DNA from: Candidatus Limnocylindria bacterium
GTDB taxonomy: Bacteria > Chloroflexota > Limnocylindria > P2-11E
Assembly (NCBI GenBank): GCA_038211425.1
Contig: JBBQVQ010000002.1
Location: forward strand, 29,717-93,716
DNA length: 64,000 nt
Direction: 5' to 3'
Shown here: positions 36,778 to 46,194 of the stretch, piece by piece
How the letters are laid out: each line of letters opens with the position of its first letter
Position numbering within the stretch: the stretch's first letter is position 1
Program-made: the position numbers and the translations under genes
Notes under the pieces: generated by a model
Database searches by the model: none
What the model was told of the DNA's origin: nothing
What the model saw: the letters and a program-made list of their open reading frames with translations, nothing else

Positions 36778-37096
36778 GGTCCATCCTTTTTCGCGTCTGT
36801 TGCTTGTCCTGCCGAATCGCGGCGATCGCGTGCGCGCAGCTGAGCGCTGGACTCGCCTTGGGCTACGCGACTCCCCTTCCGTCACCTCCTTCGCCCGTTG
36901 TGTGACGTTCGCCGACCCGGGCGCTCGAACGTCGAGCTCCGTCTCGGCCCGAAGGCACCTCAGGCAAGCAAGGCTGTCTGGCTACCCAGTAGGCGGTAAT
37001 TTGTAACACTTCCTCGCTCCCATTGCCCCATGTTTGGAACATGCCCTTACTTGGCCTCTGCGTAATGACGAACGGGAATGGGGCTTTGTCGCAGCC

Positions 37097-39664
37097 CTAT
37101 GGGGCCGGCCTGGTGCCCGAGGTCACGAAGAACGCCGGCGTGACGCCATCGGTGGACCAGCCCCTGCCGGTCAGATCGAACGCCAGGCTCTCCAGCGACG
37201 CTGGGGCCGTGATGGCGGCGGACGGAGCGCCGATGGGCCCGTACGCCGACCCGTGGCCGGAGGAGGCGAGGTACCAGGGGGTGCCACCGGCCAGAAGCAC
37301 GGCGGTGATCGATCCACCTGTCGCGAGTACCGAGGCGACGCGCCCGGCGCGGACAGAGAACACCTCACCGGCGTCGGTACCGAGCCAGGCGTTCCCCGCG
37401 GCATCGGCGACAACGCCGGTCGGGCGCCCGCGAAGCGGGACGAGCGTTTCGACGGTGCGGCCACCCGCCTCGATACGGCCGACGGCGTTCCGCGACTCCT
37501 CGGCGTACCAGACGCCTCCGGCGGCGTCGCCGAACAGGGCGTTCACGCGGTGCGTCCTCACCTCCACGGCGCCGAGCGCATGCGTGCGGGGATCGAACGA
37601 CACCAGCTGCGTGGCGTCCGGACTCGCCAGCCAGACGCGATCATCGGTGGACACCGTCGCGGCCGCGGCGCTGCGCACGAGCCCGAGGCCGAACTGGGTC
37701 GTGCGCCCGCGCGCCAGGTCCAGCGAAAAGATGCGCGATCCGGCCGTGTCGATCGCGTGGACGAAGCTCGGTCCGGTGACGAGCCACTTGATGCGCGCAT
37801 CGGCCGGTAGCCGCGCGAAGGTCAGCACCGCGCCCGTCACGGTATCGATCGACGACAGGCTGTTGCCCTGGTCGACGAACCAGATGCGCGCTCCGCCGCC
37901 ACCCACGACGAGGGGGCGGCGACCTTCGGGCAGCGGCACCCGGTAGGTGTTCCCCCAGGCCAGGGGCGCATTCGCGAGCAGTCCCCCGGTGGCGGAAAGC
38001 GAAGGCGGCTTTGCCGACGATGGAGCTCCCGTCGGTGCGGCCAGCGAGGGCGACGCCTGCGGCGGGGAGGCGGCCGCGGCACCGCTGCCGCTCGGGCCTG
38101 CGGTCGCGCTGGCCGCAGGGGAGCTCGGTGGCGCCGGACCCGCGGCCACGGCGGAACCGGGCGCAACGGCCGGCGGCGCCGTGCCGGCGCTCTCGGGCCG
38201 CGACACCGAGGCAACGCTCTCGCCCGCCACCGAGAAACGGCGCGCGGCCGCGTCGTACACGAGGTCCCTCCCCGCGAGGGGGATGTCGAGCGTCGACGAG
38301 ATATTCGCGGCGGAGCTGACGATCGCGATCCTGCCCCTGCCCGGACCCACATCGAGCAGCGCGGCGAAGTCGCCGTCGGGCAGCGCGATGAGAGTGACCG
38401 GCCGGCCGTCGAGGTCCGCGAAACCAGCGCCATCGCCGGAGGTGAAGCTGAGGCGCGCGCGGCCATCGCGGTCGGAAAGGATCGCGATCGCGTCGCCCGT
38501 CGCCGAGAACGCGGCCGCGACACCCCCGGTGAGCCGACCGATCGTCCGGTACGTGGCCGCATCGACGAGCATCGTCGCGTCGGCCGCCACGAGGAGCGCG
38601 CGTGTTCCCGGGAGATTCAGCTCGACCGCGAGCGGCGCGGCATCCACCGAGCGCTGCGTCTCGAGCAGCTTGGTCCCCCCGTCGATGACAGCCACGAAGC
38701 CCTGCGGCGGTGGGGGCGCGGCCTGACGGCCCGCGGTCGGCCGCGGGGGCGCGGCCGGACGGTCCGCGGTCGGTGGCGGGGACGCCGGTGAGACCGTGCC
38801 GCTCAGGACGATCTTCCCATTCGCGGCATCGAAGTGGATGGCCGTCGGTGTCCCTTCGATCGCGAGCGTCGTGGTGGCGCCAACGGTGTTCCGCGCGCCG
38901 TCGATCTCGGTGAGGGTCCTGTGCGAGGAGTCCATCACCAGGATCGTGTTGGCCGCCTCATCGAGCGCGAGTGCCGTCGGCCGCCCACCCACGTTGATGC
39001 TGGCGACCTGCGCGCGCGTCGTCGCGTCGAGCGCGGCGACCCGGCCCAGGGTCGGCTGGGCCAGGTAGAGCGTGTTGGTCCGTGGGTTGAGGACGGCGAA
39101 CCGGATCCCGGCGAAGGACGGCACTTCGACCTGGACGCGGGGCTGGCCATCGCCTGGAACGCCCGCGTCGCGCTCGAATGGTCCGATGAGCGTCATCGCG
39201 ATGACGGTCGCGACCGCCAGCGCCGCGCGCAGAGCCGCGGGTCCGGTGCGCGCGGGCCATGTGCGCCGGTCGCCGCGCCGCACGATCGCGGCGATCGCGG
39301 AGTCGGTCCGTGCCGAAGGGAGCGCCGGGGGAAGCGCGCGAAGCGATCCGTCGAGCTCGGACCACGCCTCCATCCGCGCTCGGCAGACGTCACAGGCGCG
39401 GAGGTGGCGCTCGGCGAGCGCCGGGCCAGGAGCGGCGATCTCGCCGTCGGCGTGCGCGGAGACCAGCTGCGCGGAGGCGGAGCAGTCCGGCGCTGGGAAG
39501 GCGTCGAGGATGCGCCCGACGCCTTCGAGGCGCGCGACCAGAGCGGAGCAGCCGACGCACGCATCGAGATGCGCGCGCACGGTCCGCTCCTCCGCCGGGC
39601 CGAGCTCGCGGTCGATGAAGGACGAAAGTCGTTCGATGGGCAGGTGGGCGACCGGTAGCCTCAC
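37097..39664 (-). CDS. Anti-sigma factor: two zf-HC2 (ZAS) domains, a TM helix, a YncE/YVTN-like beta-propeller, a linker and a Vgb-like beta-propeller
   Basis: HLDACVGC and HLRACDVC HxxxCxxC motifs; INVGGRPTALALD; GGVWYAE, GNAWLGT; directly downstream of an ECF sigma. Confidence 0.85.
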   Translation of the reverse strand: MRLPVAHLPIERLSSFIDRELGPAEERTVRAHLDACVGCSALVARLEGVGRILDAFPAPDCSASAQLVSAHADGEIAAPGPALAERHLRACDVCRARMEAWSELDGSLRALPPALPSARTDSAIAAIVRRGDRRTWPARTGPAALRAALAVATVIAMTLIGPFERDAGVPGDGQPRVQVEVPSFAGIRFAVLNPRTNTLYLAQPTLGRVAALDATTRAQVASINVGGRPTALALDEAANTILVMDSSHRTLTEIDGARNTVGATTTLAIEGTPTAIHFDAANGKIVLSGTVSPASPPPTADRPAAPPRPTAGRQAAPPPPQGFVAVIDGGTKLLETQRSVDAAPLAVELNLPGTRALLVAADATMLVDAATYRTIGRLTGGVAAAFSATGDAIAILSDRDGRARLSFTSGDGAGFADLDGRPVTLIALPDGDFAALLDVGPGRGRIAIVSSAANISSTLDIPLAGRDLVYDAAARRFSVAGESVASVSRPESAGTAPPAVAPGSAVAAGPAPPSSPAASATAGPSGSGAAAASPPQASPSLAAPTGAPSSAKPPSLSATGGLLANAPLAWGNTYRVPLPEGRRPLVVGGGGARIWFVDQGNSLSSIDTVTGAVLTFARLPADARIKWLVTGPSFVHAIDTAGSRIFSLDLARGRTTQFGLGLVRSAAAATVSTDDRVWLASPDATQLVSFDPRTHALGAVEVRTHRVNALFGDAAGGVWYAEESRNAVGRIEAGGRTVETLVPLRGRPTGVVADAAGNAWLGTDAGEVFSVRAGRVASVLATGGSITAVLLAGGTPWYLASSGHGSAYGPIGAPSAAITAPASLESLAFDLTGRGWSTDGVTPAFFVTSGTRPAP

Positions 39665-39686
39665 GTCGTCTGGACGAACGGACCTT

Positions 39687-40313
39687 CTAGTTTGTCGCGT
39701 AGCGCTTGATGAACGACGCTCGGCCGCGCGCGATCCGGCTTCGCACTGCGGTCATGGTGACGCCCTGGATGTCGGCGATCTCCTTGTACGAATACCCCTC
39801 CCGCGCATGCAGCAGAAGCGCGATCGCCTGCTCCGCAGGCAGGGCCCGGAGAACGGCCTGCACGTGTTCGCGCTCCGGGACGCGGCCGTGTTCGTCGGAC
39901 GACCTCGGCTCGTCGATCGTGCCCTGGAGCTTGCCGAAGCCGAGCCAGAGAAAGCGGCGTTTGCGGCGGATCGCGTCGAGCGCGGCGTTGTTCGCGATCC
40001 GGTAGAGCCAGGGGAGCACCTTCTGCTCGTTCGTGAGCTGGCCGAGCGCGCCGAATGCCTTGGTGAAGGTGTCCTGGGTGATGTCGTCGGCCGCCTCGGG
40101 GTCTCCGAGAACGCGGAGCAGGAATCCGTAGATGCGCCCCTTGTAGGCCGCGTACAGGCCTTCGAGCGCGGCATGCCGGGACTCGCGGGCGAGCGCGATC
40201 AGCTGCGCGTCGGCGAACGCGTTCGTCTCGAACGCGGGGGCCTCGCCGGCCGGGTCATGCGTGACCACGGCCAGGCTGCCCGCGAGCGATCCCACCGCAC
40301 CGGACGAGCTCAC
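39687..40313 (-). CDS. ECF (sigma-70 group 4) RNA polymerase sigma factor
   Basis: ADDITQDTF, WLYRIANN, EGYSYKEIA, VRSRIARGR. Confidence 0.95.
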   Translation of the reverse strand: MSSSGAVGSLAGSLAVVTHDPAGEAPAFETNAFADAQLIALARESRHAALEGLYAAYKGRIYGFLLRVLGDPEAADDITQDTFTKAFGALGQLTNEQKVLPWLYRIANNAALDAIRRKRRFLWLGFGKLQGTIDEPRSSDEHGRVPEREHVQAVLRALPAEQAIALLLHAREGYSYKEIADIQGVTMTAVRSRIARGRASFIKRYATN

Positions 40314-40346
40314 CCTCGAAAGCCTAGTGGGCGTGACAAGCGTGGC

Positions 40347-40955
40347 TCAACCGCGGAGCTGGACGTTCAGCAGGATCGGCCCGGTCGGGGTGATGCGCCG
40401 GTCCGCCGTGGCGTAACCCGCCTTGATGAAGTGAAAGTCCCAGTTCACCGTGACCTGCGGGAGGTCGACCCAGTAGACACCCCGGTCATCCGTCCGCGGG
40501 TTCACCGCCTGGCAGCCATGGGGACCCACGGCCACGCACACCCCCTTGACCGGGTTGCCCTGGGCGTCGAGCACGACGCCCTCCACGCGCCAGGAGCCCT
40601 CCTGCGGCGGCGGCGTGGGCGTGGCCGGCGGGGCCGTCGGTCTTGCCAGAGGGGCGGAGGACGCCTGCGGCGGATCGGGGTTCCCGGTGGCTGCCGCGGC
40701 CGCGCCGAGGGGCGATTCGATGGGCGTAGCGGCCGGGCTCGGCGACGCGGAGGAGGCCGGGGATCCGGCGGGAGACTCGCTCGGCGCGGTCGAGGCCGCG
40801 ATCACCGCCGTGGCCGGGGTCGCGCCGGCGAGGTCGTCCCGCGGGCGCTCGCCGCCCTGGCGGGAGACGAGGCCGAAGGCGAGGGCTCCGGCGAGAGCGA
40901 ACGCCAGGGCCACCAAGGTGATGCGGCGGCCCCGGCCACGGAGAAGGTCCACCAT
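40347..40955 (-). CDS. Membrane-anchored protein with S/P/A linker and carboxypeptidase-regulatory-like domain
   Basis: TM helix; VEGVVLDAQGNPVKGVCV..TDDRGVY..F.KAGY. Confidence 0.78.
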   Translation of the reverse strand: MVDLLRGRGRRITLVALAFALAGALAFGLVSRQGGERPRDDLAGATPATAVIAASTAPSESPAGSPASSASPSPAATPIESPLGAAAAATGNPDPPQASSAPLARPTAPPATPTPPPQEGSWRVEGVVLDAQGNPVKGVCVAVGPHGCQAVNPRTDDRGVYWVDLPQVTVNWDFHFIKAGYATADRRITPTGPILLNVQLRG

Positions 40956-40959
40956 GCCG

Positions 40960-42753
40960 CTACGGCGCGGCGAAGCCCTCGTAGATCATCGCGTTGTCGC
41001 CACCCTGGGCGAGCTCGACGACGATCGCCGTGACGGTCCCGCCGGTCCCGGTGACGACGACGGCGTACTGCGTGTCGTCGGTGAGGGTGGGCTGCGCCAG
41101 GGGGTCGATCCGGATCCCGCTCCCCGCGGGGATCGCGACGGTCTGGGTGTACGCCAGCACCCCGTCGCTGAAGCGGTACCACTGCAGCGTCGCCCCGCTC
41201 GCGCTCACGCTCTGGAGGAGGATCGGCGTCGTCCACCCGCCCGGCCCCCCGAGCGTCCGGGTGATGTTGGGCAGGAAGGAGCGCGCCCCCGGGGCCGGCT
41301 CGGCGGTGTAGCCCATCGCCGTCAGCGGGCTGATCACGTTCACCTCCGCGGCGATGGCACCCCCCGCGGCGCTCGCGACGAAGCTGTACTCGCCGTCCCC
41401 CAGGCAGACCGCGGCGACGGCCGCTGAGCCGCACAGGCGGCTGGGATCGGGCGAGGCGGCCCCGCCCATGAAGCGCGGGTCGAAGGCCCACGCCGCGCCG
41501 GGGGCCAGAGCGGCGGGCGAGGTGAAGGTCTGCGCGCTCCCGCCGCCCAGGGGGGTGAAGGCCAGGCTCGGGGTCACCGCGCCGCTCCCGGGGGTGGCGG
41601 TGTTCTGGACGACGACGGTCGAGACCCTCCCGATCCCCTGCGCGTTCTTCGCCGCGTAGGGGCCGTACACGCTCGCCGCCCCGGTGGTGATCCCGTCGGT
41701 CGCGTACGCGACGGGGTGCTCGACGCTGGCGTCGTCGAGGTGGGTGTTCACGACGACGGCGATCGGCTGGTCGCTGGTCACCGTGACCGCGTACTGCGTG
41801 CCGTTCGTCAGCCCCGGGGCGCCCAGGGCGGGGTCGTCGGAGTTGGGCTCGACGAACTTCGACTGCCCGGGGGCGATCGTCCGGCTGGCGCTGATGGCGG
41901 GGACGCTCCCGTCGAAGGAGACAAAGCGCGCGGTCACGCTCGCGCTGGCGGTCCCCAGGTTCTGCATGATGAAGGGGGAGTGGTAGCCGTAGAAGCGGCG
42001 CACGATGTTCGGCAGCGAGACGCCGAGCGCCCCCGCGGAGAAGCCGTCGTAGCTGAGCGCCTCGGCGCGATCGCCGGTGCCCTGGTGCTCGTTCACCACC
42101 GAGACGATGTTCGACCCGAAGCTGCGCACGACGACCGAGAACTGGGTGTTCCCGGGGAGGTCGGTGTCGTTGTTGGGGACATCGGCGAAGCTGCGCCCGG
42201 GGGCGAGCCCGGCGACGGTGCGCCGGGTCACGCACGACCCGTCGCTGAAGCGGTAGAAGGTGACCTCGAGGTCGGTCGTCGCGGTCCCGGTGTTCTGGAC
42301 GATGAAGGGGGTCTGGAACCCGGTGAGCCCGCCGAAGAACTTGGTGATGTTCGGCAGGTAGTTGGTCATCGTCGGGGTGCCGGCCCGCGGGGCGACGCAC
42401 GGGACGGGTGCCGGATAGCCGGGCGGCAGCATGGCGACGTCCTTCTGCGTGGGGCCGTTCACGAGGAAGACCCCCGTGTAGTAGTCCTGGTACGAGGGCC
42501 GCTTCAGGAGGTTGAGGTCCCAGCCGATCCCGGGAGGCGCGGAGCTCAGATCGATGCGGTAGTAGCCGGCCGAGTCGGTGTATGTGGCGCAGGTGATGGG
42601 CGGACCGAGAGTGACGCAGACGCCGGGGATCGCGATCCCCGTCCGCAGGTCGATGACGTAGCCATGGATGTCGTTGTTGGACGCGGCCGCGGGAGCCGCG
42701 GGAACGAGCAACAGCGCGAGCGCGACGACGGCGGCGCCGATGGATCGGAGCAT
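40960..42753 (-). CDS. Secreted multi-repeat surface protein (N-terminal carboxypeptidase-regulatory-like domain + four beta-sandwich repeats)
   Basis: Signal peptide, GGAGG SD; repeats begin YLPNITK..FQTPFIVQN, LPNIVR..HSPFIMQN, GPYAAK..STVVVQN, FLPNITR..WTTPILLQS. Confidence 0.8.
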   Translation of the reverse strand: MLRSIGAAVVALALLLVPAAPAAASNNDIHGYVIDLRTGIAIPGVCVTLGPPITCATYTDSAGYYRIDLSSAPPGIGWDLNLLKRPSYQDYYTGVFLVNGPTQKDVAMLPPGYPAPVPCVAPRAGTPTMTNYLPNITKFFGGLTGFQTPFIVQNTGTATTDLEVTFYRFSDGSCVTRRTVAGLAPGRSFADVPNNDTDLPGNTQFSVVVRSFGSNIVSVVNEHQGTGDRAEALSYDGFSAGALGVSLPNIVRRFYGYHSPFIMQNLGTASASVTARFVSFDGSVPAISASRTIAPGQSKFVEPNSDDPALGAPGLTNGTQYAVTVTSDQPIAVVVNTHLDDASVEHPVAYATDGITTGAASVYGPYAAKNAQGIGRVSTVVVQNTATPGSGAVTPSLAFTPLGGGSAQTFTSPAALAPGAAWAFDPRFMGGAASPDPSRLCGSAAVAAVCLGDGEYSFVASAAGGAIAAEVNVISPLTAMGYTAEPAPGARSFLPNITRTLGGPGGWTTPILLQSVSASGATLQWYRFSDGVLAYTQTVAIPAGSGIRIDPLAQPTLTDDTQYAVVVTGTGGTVTAIVVELAQGGDNAMIYEGFAAP

Positions 42754-43001
42754 TCTGTTGGAGCCTCCTCGGAAGCGGAGCGAGACGTGGTCCACTCCCC
42801 TAGAGGGTAAACGACAGAGCGCCCGTTTCCACATGGCTGACCGTCATAAGGACCGGGGAGTGGCCGAAAGCCGCGCTCGACCGCCGCAAGGACCACCGTT
42901 CGTCCGTCAGTGGGCTGGAGGCACACCAAGGCCACGGCGGCACCTGCTCGCGGTCCCGCGCCGGGCGCGCCGGGGGCGGACGGGGATCGGCCGCGATCCG
43001 G

Positions 43002-46000
43002 TCACTGCGCGGTCAGCGTCGTGGCGGGGGTGGGCACCCCCTGGCCTGAGAACCACGTCACGCCTTCATGGACGGCGTCGAAGCGGACCGTCCACGTGCC
43101 GGAGGTCGAGGGAAGCTTGACCTGCGCGGCGAAGCTGGCGGACTGCCCGGTACCGAGCGGCGAGCCAAGCGCGGTACGGAGCCCATCCCAGACGAAAAGG
43201 GCGCCGGATCCGGTGCGCAGGTGGTAGGAGAGCGCGAACGCTCCGGGTCGCATCGTGACGGAGCCGGTGTTCGTGAGCGTCACGGGAATGGTGATCGTCG
43301 AGCCCGCCGCGCCGCTCGCGGAGCCGGCGGCCGCGTACGTCGCTCCGTACGCGGGGATGACGACGTTGACAGCTGGCGCGGCCATGGCGACGCCCTGTCC
43401 GGAGAACCACGCGACGCCCTCCTGCGCGATGTCAAAGCGCAGCGAGTACGCCCCCGGTGCCGCTGGCCCGGTGACCTCCGCGTTCACCGTGCGGATCTGG
43501 CCGACGCCGATGCCTGCGAGCGGCGTCCGCCGCCCGTCCCACACGACGACATTGCCTCCGGGACCGATCCAGTGGTAGCTGAGGTTGACGTTCGCCCCCC
43601 AGTCGAAGCTCGACGTGTTGCCGACATCGACGCCTATGGTCGTCACCATGCTCGTCGCGACGGCGGCCGGCGTTCCCCACGGGTTCACGTTCGCCCCGTA
43701 GCGCGTGCCGCCCCCGACCGTGACGGTCTGAGCGGACGTCGCGACGCCCCGCCCGGAGAACCACGCGACCCCCTCCTGCACGAGGTCGAAGCGCAGCGAG
43801 TAGGTGCCGCCGGTCGCCGGAACTCCGACCGCAGCCTGGAGCTGCACGGACTGTCCCGGGCCGAGATCCACGGGCAGCGACGTCCGTGCGCCATCCCACA
43901 CGGCGGTCCTTCCGTTCGAGTCGATCCAGTGGTAGGCGAGGTGGACCGGGTACGCGTTCGTCGTCGGGAAGGTGCTTCTGCCCGTGTTCGTGATCGTGAT
44001 CGGCACGGTCGTGCTCTGCCCCGCGGCGAACGGCACGGCCGTCGGGGTGTAGGCCGCGCGGAAGTCGAGCCCGACGGCCACCGGCGTGTCGTCCGGCGCC
44101 ACTCCCTTGTCGGCGAACCAGAACTCGCCTTCCTTCAACAGGTCGAGCGTCAGCGTGTAGGTCCCCGGGTACACCGGCGCCGTCACCAGGCCGGTCAGCG
44201 TCACCGTGGCGCCAGGGGGCACGTCGGCGGGGAGGTTCACGCGGTCGCTGCTGCGGACCGCGTTCCCCGTCGCCCTGCTCGTCCAGGCGTAGCCAAGACG
44301 GACGGGACTCGCGCCGCCCGCCGGCCAGCTGCGACCTCCGTCGTTGGTCACCGTGACGGTGACGGTCCGTGTGTATCCCGCCGTCCAATCCCTCGGCACG
44401 TCGTCGTTGATCCAGTCGACGCTCCAGTCGGCCGAGCGGAACCACTGGTCGCGGACGGGCTGGCCGTACAGGGAGCTCCACCACGAGCCGGCCGACTGCA
44501 GGTCCCAGCGCACGATGTATGAGCCGAGGGCGGGGACGGCGAGCGGGACGGTGACGGTCGTCGCCGCTCCGGGCGCCAGTGGCTGGGGCAGCGTCCCTTG
44601 GCCGCCCTGCGACGCGACGACCGATCCCTGCGTCAGGATCCGGTACGAGACGCTGGTGCCGGCGGGGATGGTGTTCACGCCGCGATTGGTGACCGCGACC
44701 GGCACCTGGATCGTGGTGCCTTCCAGACCGACCTTGGGCAGCACGGGGTCGAGCCGCACTAGGTTCGTGAAGCCCGCGTCCACCGCGGCCTGCGCGAGCG
44801 AACGGATCGCCGGCAGCCTCGAATAGAGCCCGTTGCCCGGGCACTCCGTCTGGCCGCCGTTCTGACCGACGATGTAGTTGCAGTCGCGATGGCCCTGGAC
44901 GTTCGGGGGGCTCGAGGAGACGTCCTGCCACGAGCCATCGGCGGATTGCTCCTGGTGGGTGAAGGAGTCGGCGCCGTACGGCGCGATCCCGTACTGGGCG
45001 AACCGCAGCGCGATGATGTTGGCGATGGCGCCCTGCATCGACGCGGGCGGCGTCGCGACCGAGAAGTCGCCGATCGCCGCGACACCCATCGAGCCTTTGT
45101 TCCAGCCATACGCGTGCCCGCCGATGGTGTGCTCACCGCCCTGGCGTCCCGTCCAGATGTTCCCGTACTTATCGACGAGGTAGCTGTAGCCGATGTCGCC
45201 CCAACCACGCGTCACAGCGTGGAAGTAATAGATGCCGCGGATGGTCGCGGCGACGTTCGTCCCACCGTCGTCGGTCACGGTGTGGTGTACCACGGCCTTC
45301 TTCACGGCCTGGTACTGCGGGATCCAACGCATCAGCGATTCATCCGCGCCCCAGTCCTGTCGCGTGAGGATCGGCGGGTCGCCGCTCGCGCCGAGAGCCG
45401 CGTAGGACCGCCCGACATCGCGGATGGCGCCCACGACATCGTTCAGGAGGCGCGCGAGAGGACCGGCGTTGCGATCGGTGACGTCCAGGAACGTGAGGCC
45501 GACGCGGATGAGCGCATCGGGGTCCCCCTTCGTCATCCATGCCCGGTACTGGGCATGGCGCGCGCCGTCCACCGCGATGACGGGCGCCGCGTACCACTCG
45601 TTCCGTACCTCGTCGACCATGTCCTCTTCCGGATGGAGCAGCTGCCAGTCGCTCCACGCCGCGCCGTCGGCCGACGTGCGCAGCTCCACGAAGAAGGTGT
45701 CCTGCGTGCCGCGCGCGGCCATCCAACGGACCCCGACGCGATCGAAGACATGCCCGGCCGCCACGGCATCGCCGGTGAAGAGGAGCGTGTCGCCGCCCGT
45801 GCTGCCGGTGCTCGGTCCGGCGGCTCCCGCCGCGCCGGTCCGCGAGATGGCGCCGTGCGCCCTGGCGGGCCGGTCGTGGATGACCTCGGTCGCGATGATG
45901 CGCCCGGAGAAGCGCGGCGCCGCGACGGCGGGCGCGCTGGCGCGCGGGAAGAGCGCGAGGAGGAACACGGCGAGCAGCAGCGCGAGGCGCAGTCGGTGTC

Positions 46001-46031
46001 GCCGGCGCACGATGCGCCGGGCGCTGTCCAT
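43002..46031 (-). CDS. N-acetylmuramoyl-L-alanine amidase (Amidase_2/PGRP-like) with five C-terminal NBR1-like Ig repeats
   Basis: TRQDWGADES, VVHHT, GWGDIGYSYLV, GGHAYGWN, GHRD..TECPG Zn ligands; start placed at ATG 46031 because the longer ORF begins inside the IS. Confidence 0.9.
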   Translation of the reverse strand: MDSARRIVRRRHRLRLALLLAVFLLALFPRASAPAVAAPRFSGRIIATEVIHDRPARAHGAISRTGAAGAAGPSTGSTGGDTLLFTGDAVAAGHVFDRVGVRWMAARGTQDTFFVELRTSADGAAWSDWQLLHPEEDMVDEVRNEWYAAPVIAVDGARHAQYRAWMTKGDPDALIRVGLTFLDVTDRNAGPLARLLNDVVGAIRDVGRSYAALGASGDPPILTRQDWGADESLMRWIPQYQAVKKAVVHHTVTDDGGTNVAATIRGIYYFHAVTRGWGDIGYSYLVDKYGNIWTGRQGGEHTIGGHAYGWNKGSMGVAAIGDFSVATPPASMQGAIANIIALRFAQYGIAPYGADSFTHQEQSADGSWQDVSSSPPNVQGHRDCNYIVGQNGGQTECPGNGLYSRLPAIRSLAQAAVDAGFTNLVRLDPVLPKVGLEGTTIQVPVAVTNRGVNTIPAGTSVSYRILTQGSVVASQGGQGTLPQPLAPGAATTVTVPLAVPALGSYIVRWDLQSAGSWWSSLYGQPVRDQWFRSADWSVDWINDDVPRDWTAGYTRTVTVTVTNDGGRSWPAGGASPVRLGYAWTSRATGNAVRSSDRVNLPADVPPGATVTLTGLVTAPVYPGTYTLTLDLLKEGEFWFADKGVAPDDTPVAVGLDFRAAYTPTAVPFAAGQSTTVPITITNTGRSTFPTTNAYPVHLAYHWIDSNGRTAVWDGARTSLPVDLGPGQSVQLQAAVGVPATGGTYSLRFDLVQEGVAWFSGRGVATSAQTVTVGGGTRYGANVNPWGTPAAVATSMVTTIGVDVGNTSSFDWGANVNLSYHWIGPGGNVVVWDGRRTPLAGIGVGQIRTVNAEVTGPAAPGAYSLRFDIAQEGVAWFSGQGVAMAAPAVNVVIPAYGATYAAAGSASGAAGSTITIPVTLTNTGSVTMRPGAFALSYHLRTGSGALFVWDGLRTALGSPLGTGQSASFAAQVKLPSTSGTWTVRFDAVHEGVTWFSGQGVPTPATTLTAQ

Positions 46032-46194
46032 CCCTATCTCTCTTCCTCGCGAACCCAGTCCTCGAGTCTGCGACACGCACGAGCGGATGTATATGGCGAG
46101 GCGCCACGTGTCGATCGAGTGGAACGCGGCACGGATCCGCGCCTTTCCACCAGCCTCTGTCGCGACATCATCACCGCGGTAATGGGCCGTCGCC

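Noticed and set aside
46032-46194. c-di-AMP (ydaO) riboswitch upstream of the amidase
   Set aside because: No GCTGAA or GGGGAACC-like conserved blocks; only weak hairpins.
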